Assembly (NCBI GenBank): GCA_977018835.1
Contig: OZ361256.1
Span: forward strand, 6,138,001-6,202,000
Length of the DNA stretch: 64,000 nt
Origin: Minutocellus sp. GHC0000111
Taxonomy: Eukaryota
Reading direction: 5' to 3'
The notes under the pieces are model-generated. The model ran no database searches. It saw nothing but the letters and a program-made list of their open reading frames with translations, and had not been told where the DNA came from. Below, piece after piece: positions 46,117 to 58,379 of the stretch. Both the position numbers and the translations under genes were made by a program. Position 1 is the stretch's first letter; every line of letters starts with the position of its first letter.

Positions 46117-46310
46117 GACTGTACATTTGATATAATCTACACTAATATTCGTATCTGCAATTTGTTATTTTGTTTTCGCGATCCTTCACCCTTTGCTCCT
46201 TCAACTCGGCTCCTCGAGGCGGGACCAACGACACGTACCGGCCTCCGACTTGCGTTCCGACCAAAGCCAAGCCTGCTTCCATATTCCCGCTCGATAATAT
46301 TCTCGGAACG

Positions 46311-46967
46311 ATGAAGACCGCCATCTTTGCCTCTCTCATGGCTTCGGCCGCCGCCTTTGCGCCCGCTTCCCAGTCGGCCTCCTCGTCGGCTCTTTCGGCC
46401 GCTCCCAAGCCCATCGGCGATCTCCCTCCCGTCGGCTTCTTCGGAGAAAACGAGTGGAATCTCTTGACCGGCGAGTGGGGATCGGAGGACACAGGCACCT
46501 TCCTCCGTGCCGCCGAGCTCAAGCACGGCCGCTCTGCCATGGTTGCCACCCTCGGCTTCCTCTTCCACGAATTCGGCTGGACGCTGAACAACATTTCCCC
46601 CCACGAATACCTGAGCGTCAGCCAGGGAGTCAAGTTTGCCGACCTCGCCGCCATGACCCCCCTCGAGGCCATGCAGAACGTCCCCGCCGCTGGTCTGGCC
46701 CAGATGTTCACGGCCATTGCCATCGTGGAGCTGTACGAGCTCACCCACAAGGACGGCAAGTGGGCCATGGACGAGGGCGGTGTCGCCCCCGGCCTCAAGT
46801 CCGGTGGCCTGACCGGTGATTTGGGATGGAATCCCCTCAACTTTGAAGTGACCGAGGAGATCCAGCTCAAGGAGTTGCAGAACGGCCGTGCCGCCATGGT
46901 CGCCATCAGTGCCTGGGTGTTCCACGATGCCATTCCTGGCAGTGTTCCCATTCCCCTTCCCTGGTAA
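46311..46967 (+). CDS. Light-harvesting fucoxanthin-chlorophyll a/c binding protein (LHC family), divergent paralog
   Basis: SAAA-FAP motif; RAAELKHGRSAM; GDLGWNPLN; KELQNGRAAM; ends PLPW. Confidence 0.95.
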   Translation: MKTAIFASLMASAAAFAPASQSASSSALSAAPKPIGDLPPVGFFGENEWNLLTGEWGSEDTGTFLRAAELKHGRSAMVATLGFLFHEFGWTLNNISPHEYLSVSQGVKFADLAAMTPLEAMQNVPAAGLAQMFTAIAIVELYELTHKDGKWAMDEGGVAPGLKSGGLTGDLGWNPLNFEVTEEIQLKELQNGRAAMVAISAWVFHDAIPGSVPIPLPW

Positions 46968-47378
46968 ATGGGCCAAAACCAATGTTTTGATCGGTTTGTG
47001 AATCATTGAAAGAAAATGATGGGAAGGCAGGATTGGGAGGAGGACGTCTGGCTCGGATTGTCGCTTATAGCTGCGACTCGAGACGATCGCCCAGACTTCC
47101 GTGGAAAGGGAAACGGGCCACACATCGAACAGACATGTTGACGTATGGTATCTATATCTCAAGAGTTCTTGGAACATACTGGAAAATGTATCTTCCGGTA
47201 CTTTGGCATTGCATATAAAATTTCTACTTAGCTACTATTATGAGCTACCGGTAATGTAAGATCGATCAGTTCGGCGGGCGCCCATGAGTTTGATAACAAT
47301 AAGCCATGTACATCTGGTAATAAACAAAAAAATACAAAAGTTGTCACAAAATTGGAAGAAAAGCGTCGTTTTCTCAAT

Positions 47379-50085
47379 CTAGAAAAAATCCAACCACGTA
47401 GCGTAGGTGCTGTGGCCTTTGATCTTGACGGTGAAGCTTAGGAGGGCACTGGCAATGACAGACGCACCCATGATATACAGAGCCTTCTCGTCGTCAAAAT
47501 TACGGAAGATGGCGGCAAACATGACACCGCCGATGTTACCGCCAGCTCCGACGAACCCTACGACTCCGCCTGTGTACCTTCGAGATATATATGGGACAAT
47601 GCCGAAGGTGCTGCCCTCTGCGCTCTGGACCATGATGCTGGTAAAGATGAGGGCAATGATGGAACCCGGCAGACTTCTGGCGAATCCAAATGCCATAATC
47701 ATGCAACCCTCGAGAACAAGAGTGGCCGACTGCCAACCAAGGCGGCCACGCATGCCGTATCGGGCGTTGTAGAGGTCAGAACCATGACCACCAAGGCCAC
47801 GAGCGAAAAGGTTCATGAAGCCAAATATAGATGCAATGGCGGCGGCACTCTCGGTTGATTGGCCAAATCGCTCCTTGAAGTAGAGGGCGGCGGCATTTGT
47901 CATTGTTACTTCCACACCAAAGCTACAAAGTCCACAAAATAGATAAATAATACGGGAAGATGGTGAGGAAGTAGTTGTGAAGGAACATATGAAAATGATA
48001 TAGGTCAGTTACTTACCAGCAAGCATACTGAAGCATGAGCGCCCAGGCATTCCAGTTTACAAATCCTGTTAGGAAGGAGTTGCAAGGACTTGTGATTGTA
48101 ATCTCCTGAGCACGGACCCTAGATCGGTAGTCACCCTTTGGCGAGTCGTCGCAGAAATAAACGATGGCAAAAGCGACAATGATCGCAAGGACAGTCGGAA
48201 CGACAAATGATGTCCTCCAAGCCTGTTCAGCACTTTCCTCGTTCGACGAGCCTCCGTAAATCTTCTTCAGGATCGGGAAGACGACGGAACCCATTACTAT
48301 CTGGGTAACTCCGCCGCCGAGGTTCCCCTTAAAGGTATAAGATAAGGATTAGGAGGCAAAGTCAAAGTTAGAAAACATATTATCCAGAGTATTTCCAAAG
48401 AACAAAATAGAAATACTTACCCATCCGGCAACGAGGGCATTGGCCGTTCCGGCGACCTCTCTGGTAAACATGCTTGTCGTCCAATATTGGCATGCGACGA
48501 AACTTGCGCCTGCGATGCCGACGAAGGCTCTCGCGATGTACAGGCCTTTAGCACTCTCAACAAGTCCAGTCATGGCGCATGGGATTGCGCTGACAAGAAG
48601 AATGCTCGCCATGCATAGCCGAGCTCCAAACTTGTCGCATAGCGGTCCCAAGATGAGGCGCATGAGGATGGTACCAGCGGTTCCACACAGACTCGAGGTC
48701 CATATCTGCTCCTTGCTGAGTGTCAGGGTGTCTTTGATCTCGCCCAGGAGTGGGGTGGCCGCAAACCAGAGAAAGAATGCAGCAAAGAAAGATATCCAAG
48801 AGGCATGGAAGGCACGCATGTGAGGTCTCTTGATTTGGCAAAGCCGGACCTCGATGGCCTTATCGTGCTGTGAACGGTTGACCCGAACATGATAAAGACC
48901 TTTGAAGTTCGAATCATGGGATGGAAGGTAAAGATCAGACGAAGCGTTGCTCCCACCAAAGTCCGAGTTCCCCGATCGGCTCGATTCTTCGTTGCTGAGC
49001 TGCATTGACTCGGCGTCGCTGAGAGATTTTCGTTTTCGTCGACGAGTATGGCCCGATGCTTCCGGCACCACGGGCGATAAACTCTCACGAAAGGAATCGG
49101 TGAGGGAGTGGAGAGATTGATCAAAACTACGGATGGAGTTTAGGGAAGAATCCAATGCATTCCTTGTTCGGTGGGCGATGCTCCGTTGGCCAACCTCTAT
49201 ATCAGAGCTCGGCGACCCATCTTCTGGAAAAGAAGCAGCACCGGACCCACCAAAGACTTTATTGGCTTTCAGAACGAGCTTCTCCTCCAGAATGAATACA
49301 GGTAAGAAAGTTATTGTCATCTCTCTTCGAAACTTTTCTCGGCTAGACTCCTTTGCCGCTCGGTCTAAATCCTCCATGGAATGGCCAGACAAGAGAAGAG
49401 TGTCGCGTCGCTGATAATAGGATAGGAGCATACCACGTCGTGATCGTCGCGGCGGACGGTTGGCCTCATATATTTGCAAATCCTCTCTGTCCAACTCTTG
49501 GTACTCCCAGTCTAGCGATATAGGACAACTGTAGGAGCAAAAGGGATTGATGCCGACCGTTTGCTTGTATTCTCGAATTTGGATGGTCGAAAAAGATACA
49601 TGCCGGCCTCCTCGACCTTGTCCTCGGATGGGTGTAATTTGTGATGCCATCTCGATATCGACTGGAGATATCTCATCTCCATATCCATTCGCTAACGGCT
49701 GATGGTTTCCATCAATAGAATCCCTTGCTTCTTCGACTGTTTCTCCCCTTGGTGGTTCTGCATCGACTTCCGCGTTTTCGCAGCTGCTTTCGCGTTCAGC
49801 AGCGCCAGGCTCAGTCTCATCGACGACGACCGCGTGAGGATCCTCTTCCTGGACCATCTCTACATCCTCATCTCGAAAGGAGGGCTCTGCATCGTAATGT
49901 GCGGTTGTTGCTGCGGAAGTCTCTGATATTGCTACGGAAACGCTGCGATCCTTGGTGGCTGCTTCTGGAAAAGACGACGGCGGACATTGAGCGGCTTCGG
50001 TTTGTGCTTCGGTCGTCAATGTTCCGAGAGACTGCACATGATGTGCCGATTGGCCATACATGGAGTCACATTCGTTCGGAGGCAT
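47379..50085 (-). CDS. NRT2: High-affinity nitrate transporter (NRT2/NNP, MFS) with long N-terminal extension, 3 exons
   Basis: RPHMRAFH.SW.SFF.AF..WFA, GPLCDKFGAR, FV.CQYW...MF, AGW|GNLGGG, FGVE.T, ARGLGG..SD, EGSTFGIVP, GAGGNIGG. Introns 48328-48420 and 47923-48016. Confidence 0.93.
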
Positions 50086-50742
50086 GCTGTAGAAATTTCT
50101 ACTTCCAAACTACCTACTGAGTGTGCCAGCGCTTACAATTGCAAAGTTGCTGCTACAAGTTTCTCCAGGGATGCAAGTCAGCTCAGGTGAAACCGCTGAC
50201 CAGTCACAAAAAAGGTCGTTCCTTTTAAGGAAGTTTGGGAAGAAATGAGGGGCCACTTCTGGTTGGATTTGACCAATGCAAGAAAGATATCGAGACTGAT
50301 CACGGGAGAGGAGAGGGAAGCACAACCAGTACTCTGCAGACAAGACAAAGTTCCGGAGGATTGCGAGGTCCCCGCCTGTACCACTGCCGCCCGGAATGCT
50401 GCATCACCAATGCAGCGATAAGGAAGAAAGAGAAGGCCAAACCTCAAAAGTGCCGCCGAACTTCAGAAGAAGCAAGCAGCAAGCAAGTTCAAATGTTTCC
50501 ATTTCTCCGAGTCCCCTCGTTTTGGAGACCTTTTTCTTTTGAGTGAGTCGAGCTAGTCGGGTGTTATTTCAACACTTATGCCCCCTCAAGCACGCGAGCG
50601 CCCGAGCGCCGAAGGCGCAAGCCGCAAGCAAGGCAAGAGTTTGCCGCCACCTCCGCCGGCAATAAGTCAATAAGTCCAACAAGTGGATCGGCATTCCACG
50701 CTCACTGGCGAAGGTATCACCCAATTACATACATAAGCAGCC

Positions 50743-52496
50743 ATGGCATCCAAAGTAATCGAAGCGCTGCACCGCGAGGTGTTTAGCGATCTCAGCGTCA
50801 GCCGCGAGGAGGACACCGAGATCCGGGAGAAGCTGGAGGAAATCAACGTCCCACCCGCCAAGATCGTTTGGGTGCGCGCGACCGCCTTTCGGATTGGTTG
50901 CGAGTTCTTGACCGACGACCAAGAATCCAACGTTCAGCTTCTTCGCTGCATCAATGCCATTGTACATGCCGTCGAGATGACTTGTCTGCTGTAAGTTTTG
51001 CTTGTTTCATCGGACGGTTTCTCTCTATACATGTATCAACCGGTTTGCTTTGCTTGACCTACTTTCTTCAGTTCCCGGCGCCTGATTATGTCGATCTTAT
51101 AAACGTCTATGTAGAAAATTGCCATACAGGTACCAACCACCTTGACGACATATCTCTAATATTGATCTTTACATTTACTTTGGACTCATTTACTTTTTTG
51201 CAACAGCCCAAAGGACACTGATGCCGACGAAGATTCCTTTCCCGACGAGGAGGTCGAAACGCTCTACAAGGACGCCTTTTCTGACTTGTCCATCGATCAA
51301 GAGGAGAATGCCGAGCTGGTCGAATTTTTCTCCAAGTGCCCCAAGAGCAAGATTGTATCTACCAGAGCCGCCGCTTTTAAGCACGCCTGTGATTTCCTTT
51401 CTGATGACAATGATACCAACGTCAGTCTGATCCGCTGCATCAATGTCATGGTGCACGCCCTCGAGACAACATGCATGGTCCCGAAGCCCTACGAGCTCAA
51501 GGAGGAGGTATCCCCCGCCATATCGGTTACCGAGATTGGTTTGGATGCCAGCATTAGCAAGGCCGTCCAGCACCTATGGGATTTGGACGTTAATCGTCTG
51601 GATCCTGGTGAGGATTACGTCATCAACGTCCAGTCGGGCAAGAAGCCGTACTGGGCCGGGGATGATGCCGAGGAACCGCTATTCACTCGTGTGAACGAGA
51701 GGGAGCTCCAGCGTCCCACGTACAAGACCTTTATTGCCTTGTTGGATAACTATTCGGCCGGATGCGGTGAGGACGAGGTCATTACTCGTACCGAAAGTGC
51801 TGAGATCTGGGCCTTTCTCAAGGCCATCTACCAGACCGCACCGATGCAGTTTGCGCACAAGTATCTCGTTGCCAACTCAGATGGTGAGGTTCCATCGGAT
51901 CCGGCCGAGTTTCTGCAGCTACTCAAGAAGATTTGGTTCGACCTGTACTTTCGTGAGCGTGGAGGACGCCCAGATTCCAGCGGATTCGAGCATGTCTTCG
52001 TCGGTGAAATCAAGGAGAAGAACGGCGAGAAGGAAGTCAGCGGCTTCCACAACTGGGTTCAGGTAAGGAGGATGATATCTATGGTGGTGCTTTTTGGTTC
52101 GTATTCTGCATATTTAATGCATGTATATTTCTCACAAAACTCCATTGCTATTTCTTGCAGTTTTACCTCAGCGAAAAGCGCGGCAATGTCAACTACAAGG
52201 GCTATATCAAGCCGCGATCCCGCTCTGATGCGGAGACAAACGCTGATGATCAGATCCTTACGCTTCAGTTCGAGTGGCATGGAGTGGAGAAACGGGTCGG
52301 TACGAGCTTCATCGGAGTAAGCCCAGAGTTCGAGATGGCTCTGTACACCATCTGCTTCCTCGTTGGCCAGGAGCAGAATACCATTGAGCTTGACACCGGC
52401 GACGACTGCTTTGAGCTCAATTGTCACTGCTACAAGATGGCTAGAGATAAGATTGGCACATCCTTCGTCGAAGCGTCGGCGCATTGGGAGGAGTGA
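50743..52496 (+). CDS. EndoU/XendoU uridylate-specific endoribonuclease with duplicated N-terminal helical domain, 3 exons
   Basis: LWDLDVNR, FIALLDNY, DSSGFEHVFVGE (His), GFHNW (His), W.G..K (Lys), FIGVSPEFEMALYT. Introns 50991-51206 and 52063-52160. Confidence 0.92.
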
Positions 52497-52769
52497 GAAT
52501 TTTCGATTGAGGATTGAGTATTGAGGATCAACATAGAACATCCACCATAAAAAGAGAACATATGCATCATAGGACGAGAGCCATTTTGAACCAGGCCATA
52601 TGCTGGCCACGTGAAACTGCTGTGTATGTATCACGGCCTTTCGCAACGTACGATCGTATCGCACTCATGGTAATTTGTTGATTGCATGTGATGAGGAACC
52701 TTAGCTTAAGCTAAAACAGAGTTTTCTATGTACTTCAAGCAGATGAACAAACAAAGGTGCAGAATGCAA

Positions 52770-55700
52770 TCACAAAACTTCAGTCGAGCTACGTGCTACA
52801 TGATCTGCCTTTCGAGTGGCACCCCAGTCGCGGTATGCCCTCTCAGCTTCCTTGTAATATTCTCGCGCGAGAACTGTCTGAAATGTTCCTTCGCAAAACA
52901 TCGCCATCCTTTCCAACGCCAAAGCTCGCTCACAGGGAAACTTGTGCTTTTCGGCAAGATCAATAGCCGCCTTGTAGTGGTTTATTGCCGCCTCGTTGTC
53001 GTAATAGATAAAGTAAGCAATCTCTGCCTGCATGAGTTCAACCCTGTGTGCAAAATTCCACTCTGAGTGCTCCGCAAAACGTTTCAATCGTTTGAGACTC
53101 GACTCGGCAATGTTATGCCATTCCTTTGCTTCGTTTGGATTGCTGCACCCAAGAACCGCCGCGGTGAGACCATAGTACAGCGCATCGCCCCCAATATCAC
53201 ACTGATGGGCAATGCCAGGGGCCTTCCTCTGCAATCGGAGAACATCTTTCACCAGCGCCCCTGCTTCATCGTATTTGCCAAAGATATAGAATAATCGAAC
53301 CCTTGTCGTGTTGACTTCAAGAATCGTCATCCAATCACCTCTCAACAAGGCTTCTTTGAGAGAAGCTTCGTAGCTCATTACTCTGCCACTCAAAATGGAC
53401 GGATCATTGCCTCCATCATTCGCCAAAATTAAGAAGTACTGAAGGATCGGCAAACATTGACCCATAATTTCTTGCTTGTGATGCTTCATTTGGTACGTAA
53501 ATTCTGAAATCTCTTCTGATGCCTTTTCAAGGCTTGGCACGCCATCGCATGATAGCAATAAGCGCGAGATCAGTCGGCCAGTTACCATCGCCACTTCAAT
53601 GCTTCCCGCACGCATTGCGACATTGTAAGAACGGCGCAATTCAGGAATAAGACTCTGTACCGGACGTACACACGGGAAGATGTAAGAATATACGATCACG
53701 TAAATTCGAGGCATTTCGTCCATCGCATCAAATCGCTCTATAAGGTCCAAGGATAATTTTCCAATGCTTCTCGCCTCACGAATAGATTCGCGTCGTGCAA
53801 GCATGACTCCGTATGATGCAAACGAGCTGATCGAGTATTGGCTCAGTCCATGGCACAGTGCCAGTTGGATTGCGCGTAAACTCATTGCAGCCTGAAGGAA
53901 TTGATTGAATTGATACGTTGTTCGCGTGAGCTGGGCAATTAATCTCATTGCAGCCCCCTTCTTTTTAGCAGTGCCCCTATCAAGATTCGGGTTGTTTTCG
54001 ATCGATGGTAATCTCAATATAACCTCGTTGATTGAAACATCCCTCTCTTCCCCAAGGGACGAGCGCAACAAATCTTTCACTTTCTTAAATTCAACCAACA
54101 TGTCATTTTCTTCGGCATTCTTCCTCAGGGACTCCCCTAGCTGTTCAAGAACTGCAAGTCCAGCATCAACAGCATCCTCAAACCGCCCCTGGGCCGACAG
54201 GGTTGATATCAAATTATAAAATGAAGGTAGCTTGTCATAAATGCACCGGGCATGAAGGTCAATGGCTTTTTGAGTGATGTGAACACCGTCGTAGTTGCTG
54301 GAAACGAACTGCGCCTCCACGCAACAAGAAAACAGATCCAGCGACTAACGCGGTAGGAATAGATTCAGAATGAATGGTATGCGCTTTTTGTGAGAGAGAT
54401 TGTGATTTAGGGACTAAGAAATGAGGACAAAACCTACCACAGTGTACATCGCATCGGCGACTTCGATATCTTACCAAATCATAGTGTGTACTCCAGTCTG
54501 TTTCGTGCAACAATGCAGTCCCTTGCAAAAAACAGATCAAAGCCGGGCCTACAGAGGATTTGGCCATTGCCTTCTTACCAGCAAATAAACAAAGTCTCGC
54601 AATTTCAATCTCTTCGTTGTGGCCGGTGACCAAATCAAGACCCCGAGACAGTTGGTCAACGATCGTGAATATCATGCCATCTAGTTCTTCTACGGCGAGA
54701 CAACGTTTTCGCAGCTGTCGGCCAATGTTTAGATGCAGCCCTGCTCTATCGAGAGGTGGAATGAGTTGATATGCCGCCTGGAGTACCTTGTCGTGTGGAA
54801 ATTTATACGTGTCATTTCCTACTCGGCTTAGAATCCCCTCATTCATCAAAATCTTGAGGAGCAGTTTTCTCTCCATGATGTCTGTCTCAGTGAAGAGACT
54901 GAGCTTGCTAAGAGTGGAAAACTTGCATTCAAATCCAAGGCAGGAAATCACCTTCAGGAGTTCTTGGACTCTGCCATCAAGTACAACCATCTTCGAGGTG
55001 AGTAGATCAGCAACAGACTCGGTCACTTCCTTGCTCTGGATGCCCAATGCATCCCAATACCACCGACGGGCACTAGCAGAATACAAAAGCAGCCCTTCGT
55101 CGCAAAGGGAGAGAAGGAACTGCTTTATGAACAAAACATTTCCGCTCGCTTTGGCTGAAACGGAGTCTGCCATCGAGCGGGTGATTCGTTTGGGCAAATG
55201 TAATAGGTCTGATATCATTTCATTAGTCTCCATCTTATCGAAGGCACCCAAGGAGACATCGCTCGAAAAAATGCCAGCTTCTAGCAAAGTTTGGCGGTGC
55301 TTCTTTAGAGGATGGAGTTCGCTGATCTCGTCATCTCGGTAACACCCGACAAAGAGGAACGACGCAAGGGACCGCTCCAAGATGATCCTAGTAAAAATGT
55401 CAAACGCAGCTTCATCGCACCTGGTAGGTTGATTTGATACATTATCATGAAAGACCATCGAAGAAGAAAATGATGGGCGTCTCAGTAGATGATATTGCGG
55501 TGATAAACATGTTCAGGTAATAGAACAGCTGGTTGACACCGTCTACTACAGAGCTTCTCCTGCAAGGCCGTCCCTGTTGGACAATATCGGCGGGCAGAAT
55601 GCCTCGTAGGCTCGGCATTAAGCCAGATAATGAATCCAGACCTTCGGCGTCAATTGCATTTGCAACTGATGCACGGATGCTGTAGCATGCAACATCAGAT

Positions 55701-57612
55701 GATGTGGATAGGTTCCTACAAAAGTCGTCTAATGCCTGGCAAATCACCTCGCAGGGCTGTCGTTGACGAAGTGCATCAAACTTCCCCGATATGACTGCCA
55801 TTCAGAGAATGAACAGATGATATAATTTGTGAATAGACTAGTGACGATTTTCCTGCGCCCGAGGCACCCGAAACATACACGGCCTCTCTCGGTCCTCCAT
55901 TTTGGAGAGCACGTTGAAATGGCCCCGCTAATTGCTTCTTCTGTACCTCGCGACCGTACATCTTTTCGTTGGGACTATCAAAAAGCCGTCCAGTTTGGTT
56001 GTGTAGTGGTAGGTCAAAAAAAAAATGCCGATCCGGATCTACAACCATTGCAAGAAGATCTTGCTCCAGCTCTTCTACAGATTGGTATCGATCCGTGCAT
56101 TCTACGTCGTCAGAATTGAAAAGACTCGATATAAGTAGAGAGAGCTGAACAGGTAGATCGGCTTCTCGCATCTTGCTCTCAAGGATGCTCATGCGTGGGG
56201 CACAGGCTGGACGCTTCAATACCGTGTGAGCTGCGGATCTTTGCCGTTTCTGCTGCTCGCTGGTATCCAAGCTGTTACTTTCAGAAATAACATCGTTCTC
56301 CAAGGCAGCGCACGCCAAAGATTCGAGAGCTTCTTCGACATCAGTTGTCGACTGTCCCCCTTCATTGCGCTCGCTTCACTCCGACTCCAATATCATATCG
56401 TCTGAAGGCGGATCACTGCCTATGAAGGTCCTGTACATCATGCGGCCGAATTCCACTAGGCTTGGGCAGGAGTTCGTTTGCTTCGACGTTTGTAGCAGGC
56501 TGAAAGCCGTCTGGCAAGCCAGTATGAGTTGGTTTCGGGTCATTAAGGCCAACGAAGCTCTGTTTCCGGTACTGCATGCATCAGGTGCACTGTTGTTCCT
56601 CATGTGGCCATCTGGTGTCCCCGAGGTATTCAGCGTGGTTTGGCTCGCAGGGAGAGCAAGGTCGGAGTTTATGTCAAGCACCTCGTCAAAGCATCGATCA
56701 AACTCATCCAAGGCCGACAGCGTAAAATCTGAGTCTTCTGAGGAGGTCCTCGGCCGCATACCTGTGGCGACCGATTCGTCGGATGGTCGCGCATAACTAT
56801 TACTGGGGCGAGATGCTGGCATCTGTCCCATGCTCTGCTGCGGCCCTCCCGTTGCGTCGTCCTCCTTGGCGGCCGTTGGCCCCGTCGCTGTCGTCATTGA
56901 TGACGGATCAAAAGTCCACCCGTCGCGGAAACGAATATACCTACGAGCTTTCGTCTTCTTTTTCTTCTTCTCCGCGGCGGCACCAGAACCGGCACCGGCA
57001 CCGGCATCGATACCGTCTTCTACTACATCGACCATGCCAAACACATTGCGGCAGCTGTCGACCCAGTACTGATTTGCATTCCTCCTACTTTGCGCCTGCT
57101 TGGGCTGGTAGGACCGCACCGTCGACTTGATCTCCTCGGGTATTTTGGGGCAGGAGAAGAAGTGGAACCTGCTTGTGCGATCGATGACATATTGGAACAT
57201 GTGAGTGAGTACAATTGTACGTGCCAAAAAAATAAATTGAGCAAAATGCACATGTCTTTGACTTCGCTCACCTTTGGAAATTCCGAACGGCCTGGTGAAC
57301 ATGGGAGGTCGACATGGGGAACATGATGGCGCCTGCCGTCTTGGTCGCTTCGGGCGCGCAGTGTCGACACCGCAGGCCCACGGCGCCCGGCAGGTGCTTG
57401 CTGCCGGCCCTCTTCTCGGCGATGTCCCGCGGAGTCGCGGCGAAAACCTCGAGCTGCTGCCTGAGGAGGCAGATGGGCGGCGCGAGCCATTGGGCATCGT
57501 CGGGGAGGGCGAAGGGAATGGGATCGATGGGACCGCCGGCAGAGGCGACCGCGGATGGGCCATTCGTGGAGGTCGTCGCCCCTTCCGCGTTGGAGCCTGT
57601 TGCGTGCTGCAT
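52770..57612 (-). CDS. Large STAND-like AAA ATPase (kinase remnant + NTPase + TPR-like helices) with N-terminal diatom CxxC domain
   Basis: VGLRCRHC domain; DRYQSVEELEQDL; MYGRE; Walker A GASGAGKS; IIFFFD; VGCYRDDE; GNVLFIKQ; YKFPHDKV; C-terminal AY.DWGA..K. Introns 57169-57271 and 54345-54474. Disruptions near 56380, 55790 and 55450. Confidence 0.8.
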
Positions 57613-57773
57613 TCTCTTTGTTGAATGATGTATGTGACTACCGCTGCTGCTTTGCTCTCTGCCCGCAAGCCGCCAAGAGCACGCACACACTACGTTCTAA
57701 CGTAGTGAAACAACAGGCATGCATTCTGACCACTTGAGCTACACGTAACCCATGTCAGTGTATAATGTGTCTG

Positions 57774-58140
57774 TGTGTATCTTGTGCGACTTTCCTCTTT
57801 CCCATGGCTACGTACGTACGTAGTAGGTATTGGAGTACGCGTAGAGGCCCACATTTCAGAAATCTTGCTTCCGATCGATGACGCGACGAAATTCGCCGGA
57901 GATCCACTTGAGGTTTTTTTTGTATCTTGTGCGACTTTACTCTCCCGTACTAGTACTAGTAGCTACGTAGCTATTTGTAGAGGCCTACATTTCAGAAATC
58001 TTGCTTCCAAACTATGACGCAACGAAACACGCCGTTGAGCTATTTGTGTATCTTGTGCAACTTTATTCTCCCGTAGCTACGTAGCTATTAGTAGAGGCCT
58101 ACATTTCAGAAATCTTGCTTCTGATCGATGACGCGGCAAA
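57774..58140. repeat. Three-copy tandem repeat (~100-147 bp units) in a divergent promoter
   Basis: TGTATCTTGTGC(G/A)ACTTT at ~57776, 57921 and ~58047; GTAGAGGCC(C/T)ACATTTCAGAAATCTTGCTTC followed by ATGACGC in each copy. Confidence 0.9.
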
Positions 58141-58379
58141 TGAATTTTGGTGCAGGAATTCCTACGTAGCTACGGTAGTAGACTCACTCCAGCTAAAATG
58201 AAGAAAAGTTTATGTGTGCGTTGTGTGGCTTACTTCGTTACGGCCGTGTGTCTCTGTGCGTGGTTGCTTGTCTTGTGCGCCTTTTGCGTCGTTTGAATGC
58301 TCGTCGTACCAAGTTGCAGCAACTTGGCGTATAATTTTTTTCATTCGGTAATATCACATCGGCCCATCCTATCATCACG

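Noticed and set aside
44058..52496. Functional operon-like cluster (LHC-NRT2-EndoU)
   Set aside because: Mixed orientations and unrelated functions; ordinary adjacency in a compact eukaryotic genome.
57774..58140. CRISPR array
   Set aside because: Eukaryotic context, no cas genes, and the inter-block sequences are related to each other rather than unique spacers.
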